From an uncultured Parachlamydiaceae bacterium (GTDB lineage: Bacteria; Chlamydiota; Chlamydiia; Chlamydiales; Parachlamydiaceae), in assembly GCA_963742415.1 (NCBI GenBank), contig CAVULX010000004.1, positions 704,001 to 768,000 of the forward strand: a stretch of DNA of 64,000 nt. Reading direction: 5' to 3'. Positions 50,707 to 62,081 of this stretch are shown here, in pieces (positions within the stretch are counted from its first letter, which is position 1; every line of letters starts with the position of its first letter). Position numbers and translations under genes: made by a program. Under the pieces are notes generated by a model. That model saw only the letters and a program-made list of their open reading frames with translations, did not search any database and had not been told where the DNA came from.

Positions 50707-53175
50707 ATGGAAACTAACAGCAATATTTCAAATAAAATAAGTGAACCGGTTTCTCTTAGAAAGATCACCATTCCTGGGCAAAACGAGATTGTCTCCCAGC
50801 AAGAATTTCGGTTAAGAGACGGTCGACGGTTAGAGCTGAAAGTGGCGTTTCCCAAAGGAACCTCCGCTCCTGAAATAAATTCAAAAATGCAAGAAATGGC
50901 AAATAGAATTGACTCCTTACCCAAAAATTTTGAGAGCAATATTAAAAAGGAAAATTTTTCCGATTTAGTGGAATCTCACATTTGGCAGCCCGGCCATGAA
51001 TCTGAAAAAGTCAACGCCATTTTATCTGAAGTTTTGTCTGATATTTACGGACATTCTATAACTATTTCCCTGGAGAGGATCAAGGCAGAGACCGTGATCG
51101 AACCCGATAAAATGCAACATCTATTTCGGGTAGAATCTCCTAAACTCTTTAGATCGTTCATTAATGCGTTGGTGCAGCGGTATCCTGATAAGAAAGAGGA
51201 ATTAACTGAATTAAAAGATGAGAGAATCGACAGCTTTAATGAGATTTTTTCTGCCCACCCTGAAACACTCCTAAGTGCCGAAGATGCTAAAAAGGCCTGG
51301 TCGACTAAAGAAGAGAAGCAGCGGCAAAAAGAAGCTACAAACCTACTTTCCGAGGGGATGTATGAAGCCTTAGCTAGGGTGCCTGAGGATCCCCAAGTGA
51401 CCAAAGCAGAACTCCACAAACAGATCTTTCAAGAACTTGCGGGACAAAGGAAAGAGGAAATCTCCAAGGAAGGAAAAATTGACTTCGGCTATAAGTTCGA
51501 TGTAAATACTGATGCAGCTCAAAAAATAACTGTGGATATTAAGACTGTTCAATTTGGTGACAGTTATCTCTCAAGCATAGAAAAAAGAGATGAAAATTCG
51601 AAGGGCGCCGTCAATTCCCATGTGGAAAATGTAGCTTTTGCCTCTGCTGATGGATCGAAGATTGAAGCAAGTCGTTTACGAACGGGCGCTTTCGATTTCT
51701 TTGATATCTCCGCAGCAAAATTGCTACCTAATGAAATGTTAGCGAAAGAGGTAGGCCAGGGGGAATTGGATGAAATGACAACAAGGCTAGACAACGCCCA
51801 ATCTCGGAAAGAGTTTATCGCAAACATTCGGAAGGGAGGAACTGCAAAAGAGCTTTTCGCCTTAAGCGAAGTTTTAAAATCGGATAAGGCTTCCAAAGGG
51901 GAATCCGAGAAGTGCCTTGAAGAAGCATTTGTCAAATATAGTAATGAAAAAATCGAAGAAGTGAATCTATCCCGCATTAAAGAAGTCCTCCAAAATCCTC
52001 AATCGAAAGATATAGGGATGACTTTGCCAGATTCTGTGAAAGAAGCCTATAACAGATCCGGTAATCCCATTCTTAAAGGGGATAAGCAGGGTTGGGGCAT
52101 GATTAGCTTGCAAACTCCTGTCAATATTGTTGGAGGTAAAGGGAAGATCAACGAGTTTATATTAAAACAGGCAAAAAATGAAAAATTTCCCCCCTTTGTT
52201 AGATCGGCTTTCCAACTGTTAGCCAATCAAGATATAAGTGAACTCGACTCGATTTCAAGGGAAATGAACGCTTTTAAAAAGGCGGGAAAAGAACTTCCTG
52301 AAACAGAATGCCTTTATTTCAATATACCCACTAACTTTTTTGGTCAAAAAAGAACCATAGTTAACATTGGTCCCCATCACATCAATTTTCGTTTGAATAC
52401 AATGTTTAATGTGGGAATCGTTGACCAACATCGCTCTAAAGTGATTAAAGATACAACTCATGAGAGTTTCAAGCAAATTTATGAAACCGGAATGCAAGCT
52501 AGCAAAGCACTAGAGAGTGAACTCTTAAGTATAAAAGAGGAAATCGTGTTAAAACCTCAAAAACGAGTGGAATTAGAAAAAGAATTAAATGAAATACAAA
52601 GATATAAAAATTCTATTGATAGCCTTCTAGAGCAAACTTTTGATGTGTCCGAAGTAGAAAAAGTTCTACAGCAAGCTTCTGGTGTGTCCGAAACAATAAA
52701 AGTAAAGATCGTTAAATTAAAAGCAGAGCCTAACGACTCGGCTCGATATGAAAGTGTAGGGCGCTTAACGGTGCTCATGGAAATGCTGAATATGAAAACG
52801 ACAGGCCATTGCCGCAGCGGAAATAACCGAACAGCTGCTTGGCTTGCTAAAAGCAACCAAATCCTTGGAAATATTGCCGCATCAAAAAATGGCAAATGCC
52901 CCCCACCTTCCGAGACAGCCTCTTTTTATAAAGAAGGGAAAAAAGAACATTGGTCTTTGCCTATTTTCTCTGGAACATTCAAGTCCAGCCTAGATTTGCA
53001 AAAAGCAAACAAAGGGATCGAAGGTTCTAAGGAAAAAATTACCGAGTATAAAAACCCTACATTTAGGCGGGCGGTTGTCGCCGGAGCTTTTGACCTGGCA
53101 CAAAAGTTTGATCCCACCGCCTATAATAAGGCCGCAAGAAAGCTCAACAAGCCCTCCTCCCAACAAACCGAATAA
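50707..53175 (+). CDS. CX5R phosphatase, SopB/IpgD-like, putative effector
   Basis: HCRSGNNRT at 52807..52833, upstream LRTGAF and ISLQTP, downstream LQKANKG. Confidence 0.65.
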   Translation: METNSNISNKISEPVSLRKITIPGQNEIVSQQEFRLRDGRRLELKVAFPKGTSAPEINSKMQEMANRIDSLPKNFESNIKKENFSDLVESHIWQPGHESEKVNAILSEVLSDIYGHSITISLERIKAETVIEPDKMQHLFRVESPKLFRSFINALVQRYPDKKEELTELKDERIDSFNEIFSAHPETLLSAEDAKKAWSTKEEKQRQKEATNLLSEGMYEALARVPEDPQVTKAELHKQIFQELAGQRKEEISKEGKIDFGYKFDVNTDAAQKITVDIKTVQFGDSYLSSIEKRDENSKGAVNSHVENVAFASADGSKIEASRLRTGAFDFFDISAAKLLPNEMLAKEVGQGELDEMTTRLDNAQSRKEFIANIRKGGTAKELFALSEVLKSDKASKGESEKCLEEAFVKYSNEKIEEVNLSRIKEVLQNPQSKDIGMTLPDSVKEAYNRSGNPILKGDKQGWGMISLQTPVNIVGGKGKINEFILKQAKNEKFPPFVRSAFQLLANQDISELDSISREMNAFKKAGKELPETECLYFNIPTNFFGQKRTIVNIGPHHINFRLNTMFNVGIVDQHRSKVIKDTTHESFKQIYETGMQASKALESELLSIKEEIVLKPQKRVELEKELNEIQRYKNSIDSLLEQTFDVSEVEKVLQQASGVSETIKVKIVKLKAEPNDSARYESVGRLTVLMEMLNMKTTGHCRSGNNRTAAWLAKSNQILGNIAASKNGKCPPPSETASFYKEGKKEHWSLPIFSGTFKSSLDLQKANKGIEGSKEKITEYKNPTFRRAVVAGAFDLAQKFDPTAYNKAARKLNKPSSQQTE

Positions 53176-53318
53176 GCAGATCAGGCCGAATGGCCTGATA
53201 AAAACCAGAAAAATCCCTTTGGAAATTTCTTCTAGGGGATTATTCCATAAATTCGCTTGCAAATATTTATCAAGAGAATTAATCTACTGCATTTTCAAAT
53301 AGACTACAAGGGTGAAAG

Positions 53319-56300
53319 ATGGATCCGGATTTCAGCAACGCTACCGCTAAAGAACAGATCGAAACTGGGATGATGATCATTAATGGATTGAGCCTTCCCT
53401 TTCGGGCAATCGATAAAGGAATGAATGCAGCCTGTAACAGCACAGAAACTACTCAAAAAGTATGCCGCGCCATCGGCACTGGATTCAAGGGGACAGCAAA
53501 CTTTGTCGGCAGCTATATTCCATCAAGCGTTAAAAGCAATACCTCAAATCTAATTAACCGACTTAACGTCGAGGTTCCACGAGCATTTGAACGTCAGTAT
53601 GGGATCCCGCAAAGCGATACTCGGTATGCTCTTTCCAACGCAGGAATAGTGGCAGGCGGGGTTGCCCTTGCAGGGGTTGGAAAAGCTGTCGGAAGCATGG
53701 CCAAAGCCGGACTCGCCTCCATAAAAGCAAATAATGCAGTCATAAGAGCAAGCTCCGCTGCCACCTCTACCCATCCTATCGTCACCAACGTTCCAAGATA
53801 TAATTCAAGCTTATCCTATATAACTACTTCTTCTGCAAATCAAACAGTCGTAAATGCAAACCATGCATTTTTAAGCAATACCATCAATAAAATAAAAACC
53901 CCCTTAGGAGATCAAGGGGGATTCCTAAACGTTTCCTATATGAAACGGACTGATGGTTCAATAACGGCTTTCGTGCATTTATTGAAGTCAACTAGTAATG
54001 CTAGCGTTGGTCAAGCCACAAAAACATCTGGGACAGCCTTCCAAGCTATTTCGACTATTCAGAGTTATGCACGAAAAGAGGGTGCTTCAAGTCTTTATAT
54101 TCAATGGAATCCGGCAAATAAAATGCTTTTTTCATTAGCCGGAAGAAGCAAAAATTTGACTTATATCGGCAATGGAATGTTTCCTGGGCTAGGCTCGTGG
54201 CCCGTCTTCAAGTTAAATTCGTATAAAAAAGAGCTGGGCATAGGTCTATCTCTTTATGGCCTAAGTGCTTATAACAATGGAGCCTTTGCCGAAAGCGTCC
54301 AGCTCAACCACTTAACCGACAGTTTCAATGGAGCCAACCCTGATCATCCTATAGCGGAACACGGGGCCTCAGGGGGGGACGTCGGAGGGGTAGAGCAAAA
54401 AATCTCCCCTATCGGATTATTTTCTCAATACAATCAACTCAAAGAAAAATGGCATGTTTTTCATATTAACGCACCTGATGGTAAGCTCCCGGTCAAAAGA
54501 GAACACACCCTTCAATTGGCTCGAGAAAGCGCCATCGGAATTTATTCTAACGGCTCTATCTCTATCGTCAGCGAACATTTTAATCCTTGTCATGAAATTT
54601 ACCTAGTGATTCCTCCCGAATTTGAACATACATTGACCGGGAAAGTGATGAGCCTTTTAGATTATTACATGAAAAGCTTTTATAGCGGCGGCGGCTTTCA
54701 TCCATCGATTTTGGAACAATGGCAGCATTCTCGAACCCGCGATGTCAATGCCTTGAAACCCCTCATGATTGATTGGCACGAATATTGTGCAGAGCATCTA
54801 CCCAATGAACATTACTATTCTTTATGGGAAATGCTAGACATCTTAGAACAATATGAGAAAGTTCAGGAAAGTAATAAAGAAGGAACCTCTGATCCTTCAG
54901 ATCCTAAAGAGACTCCAAAACCATTAGAGTCTACTCTTTTATCAGATTATTCCGGTTTCAGCTCTTCAGTTCGAATTATTTTTAAACAAAATCGATTTGT
55001 TAAAACCAATCGGCTCATTTCTTTAAATGAGGGGGATTTTGATGTCCTTTATACCATCTCGCCAGATGCAGCTTATGCAGAAGAACTAAGGAAGTACCAT
55101 CTTTTGTTTGGACATGATCCGGCAGGATATAAACGGCTCGTGCAAGCCAATGAGTGGATGTGCGATCAAATCCGCACGATGATGCCCCGCTTGCCGATAT
55201 TTCGGGAATTAGAATTATTCGAAATGGCAAAACAGATCAACTTCTTTGCCTATTATTTTACGGAATTAAAATTGGCCCATAAAGCTCCACTGTTCAAAAA
55301 AGTACCTATAGACCAAACCGCTGCAGCACTTCCCGTATTCCCTCCCCATCCCATTCGTAAAATAAGTCGAAGCTTACTAAAAATAAATTTTGAAAAAGTC
55401 TTTGAAAAGATATCTGCCGAAGACAAAGAAAAAATCATCCAATTCCTCCGCAAGGCTAAAAAAGAGGAAGAGCCCTCTGAAGAAATTCTGAAATTAATTA
55501 CCCCCAGCATGAAAAAGCATCTTGAGGAAACGTCGACCTATTTCTCCCAAAAGTCTCCAGTTGAAAAACACAAGAACCTTATTCAAGATCTCCTCAAGCA
55601 TTTGGTTGCCCTCATTCATGACTCTCATGAAAATGCTCGGAATGAATGTCAGGAAATTAAAAATTTAGAGAGTCAATCAAAACCTCCTGAAACAGAACCT
55701 AAGCAAGACCCCAACATTGCTCTAGATCCTCAGCTTGAAAGAATGCAAAATATCCAATTTTTAACCAACAAGATATCCTTCTACGAAACAAAGCTAAAGG
55801 AACTTGAAGAGGATAGAAAAAAGGGTCTAAGTCTTGTTGGAAAAGTACCACAAGATAAACTAGACGAGGCTTTAAAAGTAAATCAATCGAGTATAGACGT
55901 CTTCACCAAAATCATATCAGCTTTTAAAAAATTAAACGATATCGTCGAAGACCCGATCGCCTATTCGATCAAAAACTCCGAACTTCCCCTATCTCTTTCT
56001 CAACCCACGATCCAACTTTTTACCGAACAAACCGTTGATGAACAAGACCAAACGAAACGTGTAGTTGGGGGGTGCGGGCTAAATCTGGAGCCAAAATCGA
56101 TCCAAATCGATCCAATGGGTCAAGACTTGTTGAACCAAAATTATCCCGAACTTTTAAGCGTGGAAGATGAAGAATTTATCCCCCTTGAAGATAAAAGGAC
56201 AGGAAAAACGGATAGTTATGCATTCAAGCTCCATTTCACAGACTTTCATGCGTCTGAAGATCGTGAATATGACTGGATGCAATTTTCTATGACGCAGGAT

Positions 56301-59300
56301 GACCCTAAGACAGAACAACAGAAAACCGAGGTTTTTTCGGCTCTCCAACAAGATAACCTCGACACCTTTAAAAAGGTGATTAAACGGAAAGGGGCTCAGC
56401 AATTTACAGATTGCCATGGAGTTAGCCTCATTCACTATGCAGCCGCTTCGAACTCCCCTGCTTATCTTCAAGAGATGGTTCAGCAAGGTGCCGATGTTAC
56501 TGTGGCAGACCGCTTTGGGCGAACTCCTCTTCATGTTGCTGCAGAACTAGGCCTCGTGAAAAACATCCAAATTTTGCTTCAAAAAGCCCCTCAACTGTTG
56601 AATGCTCAAGCTAAAAGTCAAGTAACCCCGCTTCACGCTGCGGTCCAAAATGGACAAATTGAAGCTGTAAAAACTCTGCTTGCTGCCGGAGCAGATCCCA
56701 ATGTTGTCACTACCTATGGGATGACAGCGCTTTACTCTGCGGTCCATCATGGCCATGAAGCTATTGCATTGGAACTCCTTAAATTTCAAAATACGAATCC
56801 CAATCTATACACGGAAGATGGAACGAGTCCCCTTTATGTGGCTGTAGAATTGGAGATGCCTGAAGTGATCAAGCAGCTGATGATCCGAGGGGCCAATTTG
56901 AACCATTGTAGAAAAGACGGCTATGCACCGATCCACGTCGCTGCAAAAAAAGGGTCGGAAGCTGTGTGCCGTTTGCTGCTTGAGCAGCCAGGCATTCAAG
57001 TCAACTTGCCGTTAAAATCAGGAAATACCGCGCTCCATTTAGCAGCCGAAAGTAACAGCCCGAATATCGTGCACCTCCTGCTAAAATTTGGCGCTGATTT
57101 AACCATCTATGGATGGGAACAGAAAACAGCGTTATTAGCTGCTATTCGGAATGGAAAAACAGATGCCGCTAGGATCATCATGGCCTATGCAAAGGAAAAA
57201 AATTGTGTCATTAATCGCGATAATAATCCCTATCGGATCATCGATTGCCCCGACATCCGAGGGATCACCCCTTTGAATGTAGCTGTTGAATCCCACTTTC
57301 ATTCTATTTTGGAAGCTCTCCTCAACGAAGGGGTTACCATACCTAATCCTTTTGAATTTTTACTGCAGCTTTGCCGTGTTAAAATCGACCCACAATTCAT
57401 CCATCGATTCATTAAAAGAAACAATTTCTCACGCGAACAGATCTCCGCCGCTTATTATGCCGCGTGCAAGCATGGGCATAACCAGATGGTCAGCCTCTTT
57501 TGGCTGTTTTATGGAGGGGATGATTTCCTCGATGAAAAAAAGCAGTCTTTGATCGACTATGCAGCCCAATACGACCATGTCAATATCATTCAGAAATTTT
57601 TGGCTATGTTACCTGAGGAGGTGCTGCAGATTTCAATAGTGGGAAAAACGGTTGCATACATCGCCGCAGAGAATGGGAGCAGCAGAGCGCTAGAACTTAT
57701 TCTAAAGGCGATGAGTGAAAAAGGAATGCGGTTCGAAGATCACCATGAAGGAAGACATCTTCTTTATGGAGCCGTCCATGCCGGAAAACAATCTTGCGTT
57801 GAGTTAATTATTCGTGCGCTTAACAACCCTAATGTTCCTATCGATGCAGATGGCCGATCTGCCACACACATTGCTGCTATGAATGGGGATGTAGAGATGT
57901 TGGAACTTTTGCGCAAACAGGGCGTGAGCTTTGATCTTCGAGATAAATTGGGAAAAACGCCCTTCCATTATGCTTTTGAAAATAATTGGGAGGATGCCAT
58001 CGACTATTTAATGGATAAGAAATATGAGATCCCCTTGCCTCCGGATCTCCTTCATTTCGTGGCTGGAAAAGGAACATCAAAGCAGATTCAGTTGCTCCTT
58101 AAACGAGGATATGATCCCAATTTTACACCTTCTACAAAAGATCATCCCCTTTTCCATGCACTTCGTGAAAATAACCTCGAAGGCTTTATTACGTTATGTA
58201 AGTCTGGAGCTAATTTAGAGGCCCGTGCTGAAGAAAAGACCCCGCTTTTGATGGCATCTAGCAATGGAAAGCTCCATTTTCTGAAATACATATGGGAATC
58301 CACAAGGAAATCCCACACCACCGCATCAGGCTATAATGCACTTCATTTAGCCACCCATTTTGGGCATGATGATTGTGTCACTTATCTGATCAACGCCGGT
58401 TTTGACGCAACTTTAGGAAATGGTTCAGGAAAAACCTCATTGGATATTGCTAAGAGAAACAGACACGACCACCTTGTTTTTCTCTTCCAAAATGGATACA
58501 AAAAATACAAGGAGCTTAAAGAGGATATCGTTCAAGCGGCTATTCTCGATGATGATCGCCGATTTTTTAAATTAGTTAAGGGGTTTCCATCGAATAGTTT
58601 GATCAGTTTTAACATCGAAGGGAAAGAGGAATCTATAACTCTCCCTTATTTAATTTATCTTCTAGGTCCAAAGACTTCAAACAAGATTTTAACCAAACTT
58701 CGTGAGCAGAAAGGGATTAAGTTTAATACTAAAATTCACAACGGGCAAACGATTTTTCATTTGATGGCTAAACGGAAAGAAAAGCTCGATTTTTCTCAAA
58801 TCGATCCTCTGCTCCAAGATCAGGTTGGAGCGTCAGTGTTACATCTATGTGCAGCCAACACCCCTCCAGATCATTTTAAAGAGAGTTTAAAACAGTGCAA
58901 CGACGTGGATATTGAAGATAACTGCGGAGCCACCCCTCTTTTCTATGCCATCGTAGTTAATAAACAAGAAAATGTAGAGTCCCTTTTGGAAAAGGGAGCT
59001 AAACCGAATCATTTAACAAAGCTCAAGCAATCCCCTCTTCTTTACGCCACCGAGAAACACCTTCCACTTGTGATTCAAACTTTGCTGAAATATGGAGCCG
59101 ACATTAATCAGAGGTGCTTGGGCAAAGGAACGACCCCCCTTTTATTTGCTCTAAGAAAAGGCATTTTAGACAAAGGGAAATTAGAAAATGAGTACTTTGA
59201 AATCGTTAAACTCTTAATTGCCAACGGCGCCGACGTCAATTTAGGAAATGAATTTGGCGTTCGACCCATCCATCTTGTTGCACAACAAGGCAATATTGCT

Positions 59301-62063
59301 TTGTTCCAATTGCTTGAAGCTGCAGGATCATCATTACATTACAAAGATATCGATGGTTTATCGATCGCTCATTATGCAGCCCAATCAAAAAATCCCGCCA
59401 TTATAGATTATTTAAGAGAACGGGGAATTCCATTACATAAACCCTCAAAAATAAAAAAAGTTTCTCTTCGGAAATCCCATCCGCAAACGAACGGAATCAC
59501 TTCCCTGCATCGAGCTGCAGAGGAAGGGAGGTTAGCAATGGTTAAAAAATTAGTAGAAACAGGAGCTGACGTCGAGGCTGTAACGGAGTCTGACTGTAGT
59601 GCCTACTATTACGCAGTGAAAAGCAAAAATCGGGCTTTAATCGATTATTTTTCTGATTTTCGAATTGCCTCAAAAGACGAAGAAAAAGCAAACGCCATCA
59701 TTGCTGCCATCGCAAAAGATGATCCTACAATTTTGAAGTCGCTTTATGGCGACGAACTTCCCTCGGATCTTACTTTGAATTACCAAGGTCAAACGGGGTT
59801 GCAAGCGGCATCAACGCTCGGAGCCATGAAGTCAACACGTTACTTTTTGGATAAAAAAGCGGACCCCGGAAAAGCGAACCTCCAAGGAGAAACTCCTCTA
59901 GATTTGTCTGTAGAACAGCATCATTTAAACCATACCGATTATTTGGTTCATGAATGCGATAAGAGTGCTCTTTGCCATAAATTAAAAGAGGGCAAAACAC
60001 TTCTACACAAGGCTTGTGAGAGTGGCGATGCCGAGATGGCGGCTCTTCTGATCGGAAAAGGGCTTAACATCGACGAGATCGATGATCATGGTTGGACGCC
60101 TTTACATTATGCCGCAAAAAACGGAGATTACCCTCTTGTGCATCTCCTTTTAGCTGCCGGAGCAGATTGTGATAAGAAAACCCCAGAAGCCCTTACAATT
60201 CAACATTTTCTCCAGCCGAAAGCGACGGAGCTAAAAAATCTCATCGATCTTTATCGGCAAGCCGGTATTGAAGGGAAGAAAAACAGAGAATCCCGGTTGC
60301 ATCTGGCGATCCGGTTAAATGACTTCCAACACTTCCCTTTATTACTCAAATTGGACGATGTCAATACTCCAAATAAGTATGGAAAGACTCCTCTGCACCT
60401 GGCTGTGATCAAAAAGAAAAAAAACTTTATCATGGAACTCATCGAAGCGGGAGCTTTGCTAGAATTACAAGATAATAAAGGACGCACACCTTTATTTTGG
60501 GCGGCTACTCTTGGAAAAGATCTCGATATCGTGCAATACCTTTTGAAACTGGGAGCAGATGTCAGACTTGAAAATCGGGAGGGAGAATCCCTTCTGCTGG
60601 CTATTAGCAAGAGGTCAGATAAAGAGTTAGCCACTCGACTGTTCAATTTGATCTTCCAGTATTTATTACTATGGCAAGAATCAAAAAAATCGACAGATAA
60701 GTTCACTTCGGCGATTAAAAACAATGATGAAAAAGCCTTTTTCCGAAAAATCAACCATGGGGCTTACCGCCAAATTCGAGATAAGGACCCCTCTCTTTTA
60801 TTTCTTGCTGTTGAATCGGATGCTGATAAGATTTTAGCCCCTCTTATTCATTGGTTCCGTTTTGATCCGACACAAAAAGACCCCCAGGGCAGCTCTTTAG
60901 AAAAGATCGCCTATTCTTCTAACAAAAAGAAGGTCTTTCATGTCCTCTACGGACAGGCATTAAAGAGGAAAAAATCGGGAAGTAAAATTGAAACTGTAAT
61001 TGCCAACGACGACCTCCCCTCATTGCTTAACTTTTCCGATTCTGTCTGGAATTTACAACATATTTCACCTGAGAATGGAAATTCCTATCTTCACGAAGCA
61101 GCAAAGATAGGGAGCGTCAATGTGGCTAAATTTCTGGTCTGGTTTGGGCTCGATTATAAAGCTGTGAACAAACGGGGCAATACCCCTTTGCACATTTCAG
61201 CATCTCTTCAACGGGAAATGATGACCGAGTATTCGCTTAGCCATGACATCGATCCCTTGTCTATCAATGCGGAAGGGTGGACTCCCCTCTCCCTTTCCCT
61301 GCAAAAGCAAATTAATCCTCGCATCGTCGAGTTATTTAAAACTAAGAATGTGCAAATCAACCCAAAGATAAACTCTGTGAGTCAATTGGAGCTCGCAATT
61401 CAGAAAAATAAAGTGGAGATTTTCAAAAATTTCTTAAGGTTGGGCGTAGAGACTTTGCCATTTACAATGAAAAAAGAGGATAAAAGTGAATTGATGCAAA
61501 TCATCAAAGCAAGAAGCATTCCCCTGCTGAAAGCTTACTGTGAAATCGCTGTAGAGAAAAAAAATGAACGGATGCTGCAAGAGTTGCGCAGGTTATATCT
61601 GTATGGGGTCAAAAATCAACCGAGTTATCTTGAAGCTTTGTATGAGTTTTCTGAAATTTCGGGCGACAAACAAATGACCAATGCAGTTTCTGAAGCTATC
61701 AAGGCAGGTCAATTAAAAAGTCTGATTTTTTTAATCAATAAAGGACAACCTTTGACTTGGCCAAACCAAACTTTTGGAGAAAATCCCCTTTATTTAGCCT
61801 TAAAGAAGGAAAACAGGGAGATGGTTAAGGCTATTTATGAGCAGCTTGTTAAAATGGCTTCAGAGGCTGTGGCTGTAGAGCCATTCGATGGTCCTACCGA
61901 ATTAACAAAAGCGATCGAAAAAGGGACTTTAGAGCCTTTTATCTCCGTGTTTGTGCATGGATTTTCATTAGATAAACTAGAAGACAAAGGAAATTGCTAT
62001 ATTGAGCTAGCAAGAACATGCAAAAGAGCCGAAATGGTTAAGTATCTTAACCTCTTGCAGTAA
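53319..62063 (+). CDS. Giant multidomain ankyrin-repeat protein (2914 aa)
   Basis: Dozens of TPLHxAA-type repeats from about aa 1030; about 1000-aa N-terminal region not recognised. Confidence 0.9.
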   Translation: MDPDFSNATAKEQIETGMMIINGLSLPFRAIDKGMNAACNSTETTQKVCRAIGTGFKGTANFVGSYIPSSVKSNTSNLINRLNVEVPRAFERQYGIPQSDTRYALSNAGIVAGGVALAGVGKAVGSMAKAGLASIKANNAVIRASSAATSTHPIVTNVPRYNSSLSYITTSSANQTVVNANHAFLSNTINKIKTPLGDQGGFLNVSYMKRTDGSITAFVHLLKSTSNASVGQATKTSGTAFQAISTIQSYARKEGASSLYIQWNPANKMLFSLAGRSKNLTYIGNGMFPGLGSWPVFKLNSYKKELGIGLSLYGLSAYNNGAFAESVQLNHLTDSFNGANPDHPIAEHGASGGDVGGVEQKISPIGLFSQYNQLKEKWHVFHINAPDGKLPVKREHTLQLARESAIGIYSNGSISIVSEHFNPCHEIYLVIPPEFEHTLTGKVMSLLDYYMKSFYSGGGFHPSILEQWQHSRTRDVNALKPLMIDWHEYCAEHLPNEHYYSLWEMLDILEQYEKVQESNKEGTSDPSDPKETPKPLESTLLSDYSGFSSSVRIIFKQNRFVKTNRLISLNEGDFDVLYTISPDAAYAEELRKYHLLFGHDPAGYKRLVQANEWMCDQIRTMMPRLPIFRELELFEMAKQINFFAYYFTELKLAHKAPLFKKVPIDQTAAALPVFPPHPIRKISRSLLKINFEKVFEKISAEDKEKIIQFLRKAKKEEEPSEEILKLITPSMKKHLEETSTYFSQKSPVEKHKNLIQDLLKHLVALIHDSHENARNECQEIKNLESQSKPPETEPKQDPNIALDPQLERMQNIQFLTNKISFYETKLKELEEDRKKGLSLVGKVPQDKLDEALKVNQSSIDVFTKIISAFKKLNDIVEDPIAYSIKNSELPLSLSQPTIQLFTEQTVDEQDQTKRVVGGCGLNLEPKSIQIDPMGQDLLNQNYPELLSVEDEEFIPLEDKRTGKTDSYAFKLHFTDFHASEDREYDWMQFSMTQDDPKTEQQKTEVFSALQQDNLDTFKKVIKRKGAQQFTDCHGVSLIHYAAASNSPAYLQEMVQQGADVTVADRFGRTPLHVAAELGLVKNIQILLQKAPQLLNAQAKSQVTPLHAAVQNGQIEAVKTLLAAGADPNVVTTYGMTALYSAVHHGHEAIALELLKFQNTNPNLYTEDGTSPLYVAVELEMPEVIKQLMIRGANLNHCRKDGYAPIHVAAKKGSEAVCRLLLEQPGIQVNLPLKSGNTALHLAAESNSPNIVHLLLKFGADLTIYGWEQKTALLAAIRNGKTDAARIIMAYAKEKNCVINRDNNPYRIIDCPDIRGITPLNVAVESHFHSILEALLNEGVTIPNPFEFLLQLCRVKIDPQFIHRFIKRNNFSREQISAAYYAACKHGHNQMVSLFWLFYGGDDFLDEKKQSLIDYAAQYDHVNIIQKFLAMLPEEVLQISIVGKTVAYIAAENGSSRALELILKAMSEKGMRFEDHHEGRHLLYGAVHAGKQSCVELIIRALNNPNVPIDADGRSATHIAAMNGDVEMLELLRKQGVSFDLRDKLGKTPFHYAFENNWEDAIDYLMDKKYEIPLPPDLLHFVAGKGTSKQIQLLLKRGYDPNFTPSTKDHPLFHALRENNLEGFITLCKSGANLEARAEEKTPLLMASSNGKLHFLKYIWESTRKSHTTASGYNALHLATHFGHDDCVTYLINAGFDATLGNGSGKTSLDIAKRNRHDHLVFLFQNGYKKYKELKEDIVQAAILDDDRRFFKLVKGFPSNSLISFNIEGKEESITLPYLIYLLGPKTSNKILTKLREQKGIKFNTKIHNGQTIFHLMAKRKEKLDFSQIDPLLQDQVGASVLHLCAANTPPDHFKESLKQCNDVDIEDNCGATPLFYAIVVNKQENVESLLEKGAKPNHLTKLKQSPLLYATEKHLPLVIQTLLKYGADINQRCLGKGTTPLLFALRKGILDKGKLENEYFEIVKLLIANGADVNLGNEFGVRPIHLVAQQGNIALFQLLEAAGSSLHYKDIDGLSIAHYAAQSKNPAIIDYLRERGIPLHKPSKIKKVSLRKSHPQTNGITSLHRAAEEGRLAMVKKLVETGADVEAVTESDCSAYYYAVKSKNRALIDYFSDFRIASKDEEKANAIIAAIAKDDPTILKSLYGDELPSDLTLNYQGQTGLQAASTLGAMKSTRYFLDKKADPGKANLQGETPLDLSVEQHHLNHTDYLVHECDKSALCHKLKEGKTLLHKACESGDAEMAALLIGKGLNIDEIDDHGWTPLHYAAKNGDYPLVHLLLAAGADCDKKTPEALTIQHFLQPKATELKNLIDLYRQAGIEGKKNRESRLHLAIRLNDFQHFPLLLKLDDVNTPNKYGKTPLHLAVIKKKKNFIMELIEAGALLELQDNKGRTPLFWAATLGKDLDIVQYLLKLGADVRLENREGESLLLAISKRSDKELATRLFNLIFQYLLLWQESKKSTDKFTSAIKNNDEKAFFRKINHGAYRQIRDKDPSLLFLAVESDADKILAPLIHWFRFDPTQKDPQGSSLEKIAYSSNKKKVFHVLYGQALKRKKSGSKIETVIANDDLPSLLNFSDSVWNLQHISPENGNSYLHEAAKIGSVNVAKFLVWFGLDYKAVNKRGNTPLHISASLQREMMTEYSLSHDIDPLSINAEGWTPLSLSLQKQINPRIVELFKTKNVQINPKINSVSQLELAIQKNKVEIFKNFLRLGVETLPFTMKKEDKSELMQIIKARSIPLLKAYCEIAVEKKNERMLQELRRLYLYGVKNQPSYLEALYEFSEISGDKQMTNAVSEAIKAGQLKSLIFLINKGQPLTWPNQTFGENPLYLALKKENREMVKAIYEQLVKMASEAVAVEPFDGPTELTKAIEKGTLEPFISVFVHGFSLDKLEDKGNCYIELARTCKRAEMVKYLNLLQ

Positions 62064-62081
62064 TAAAGAAAGGCATGTTTG

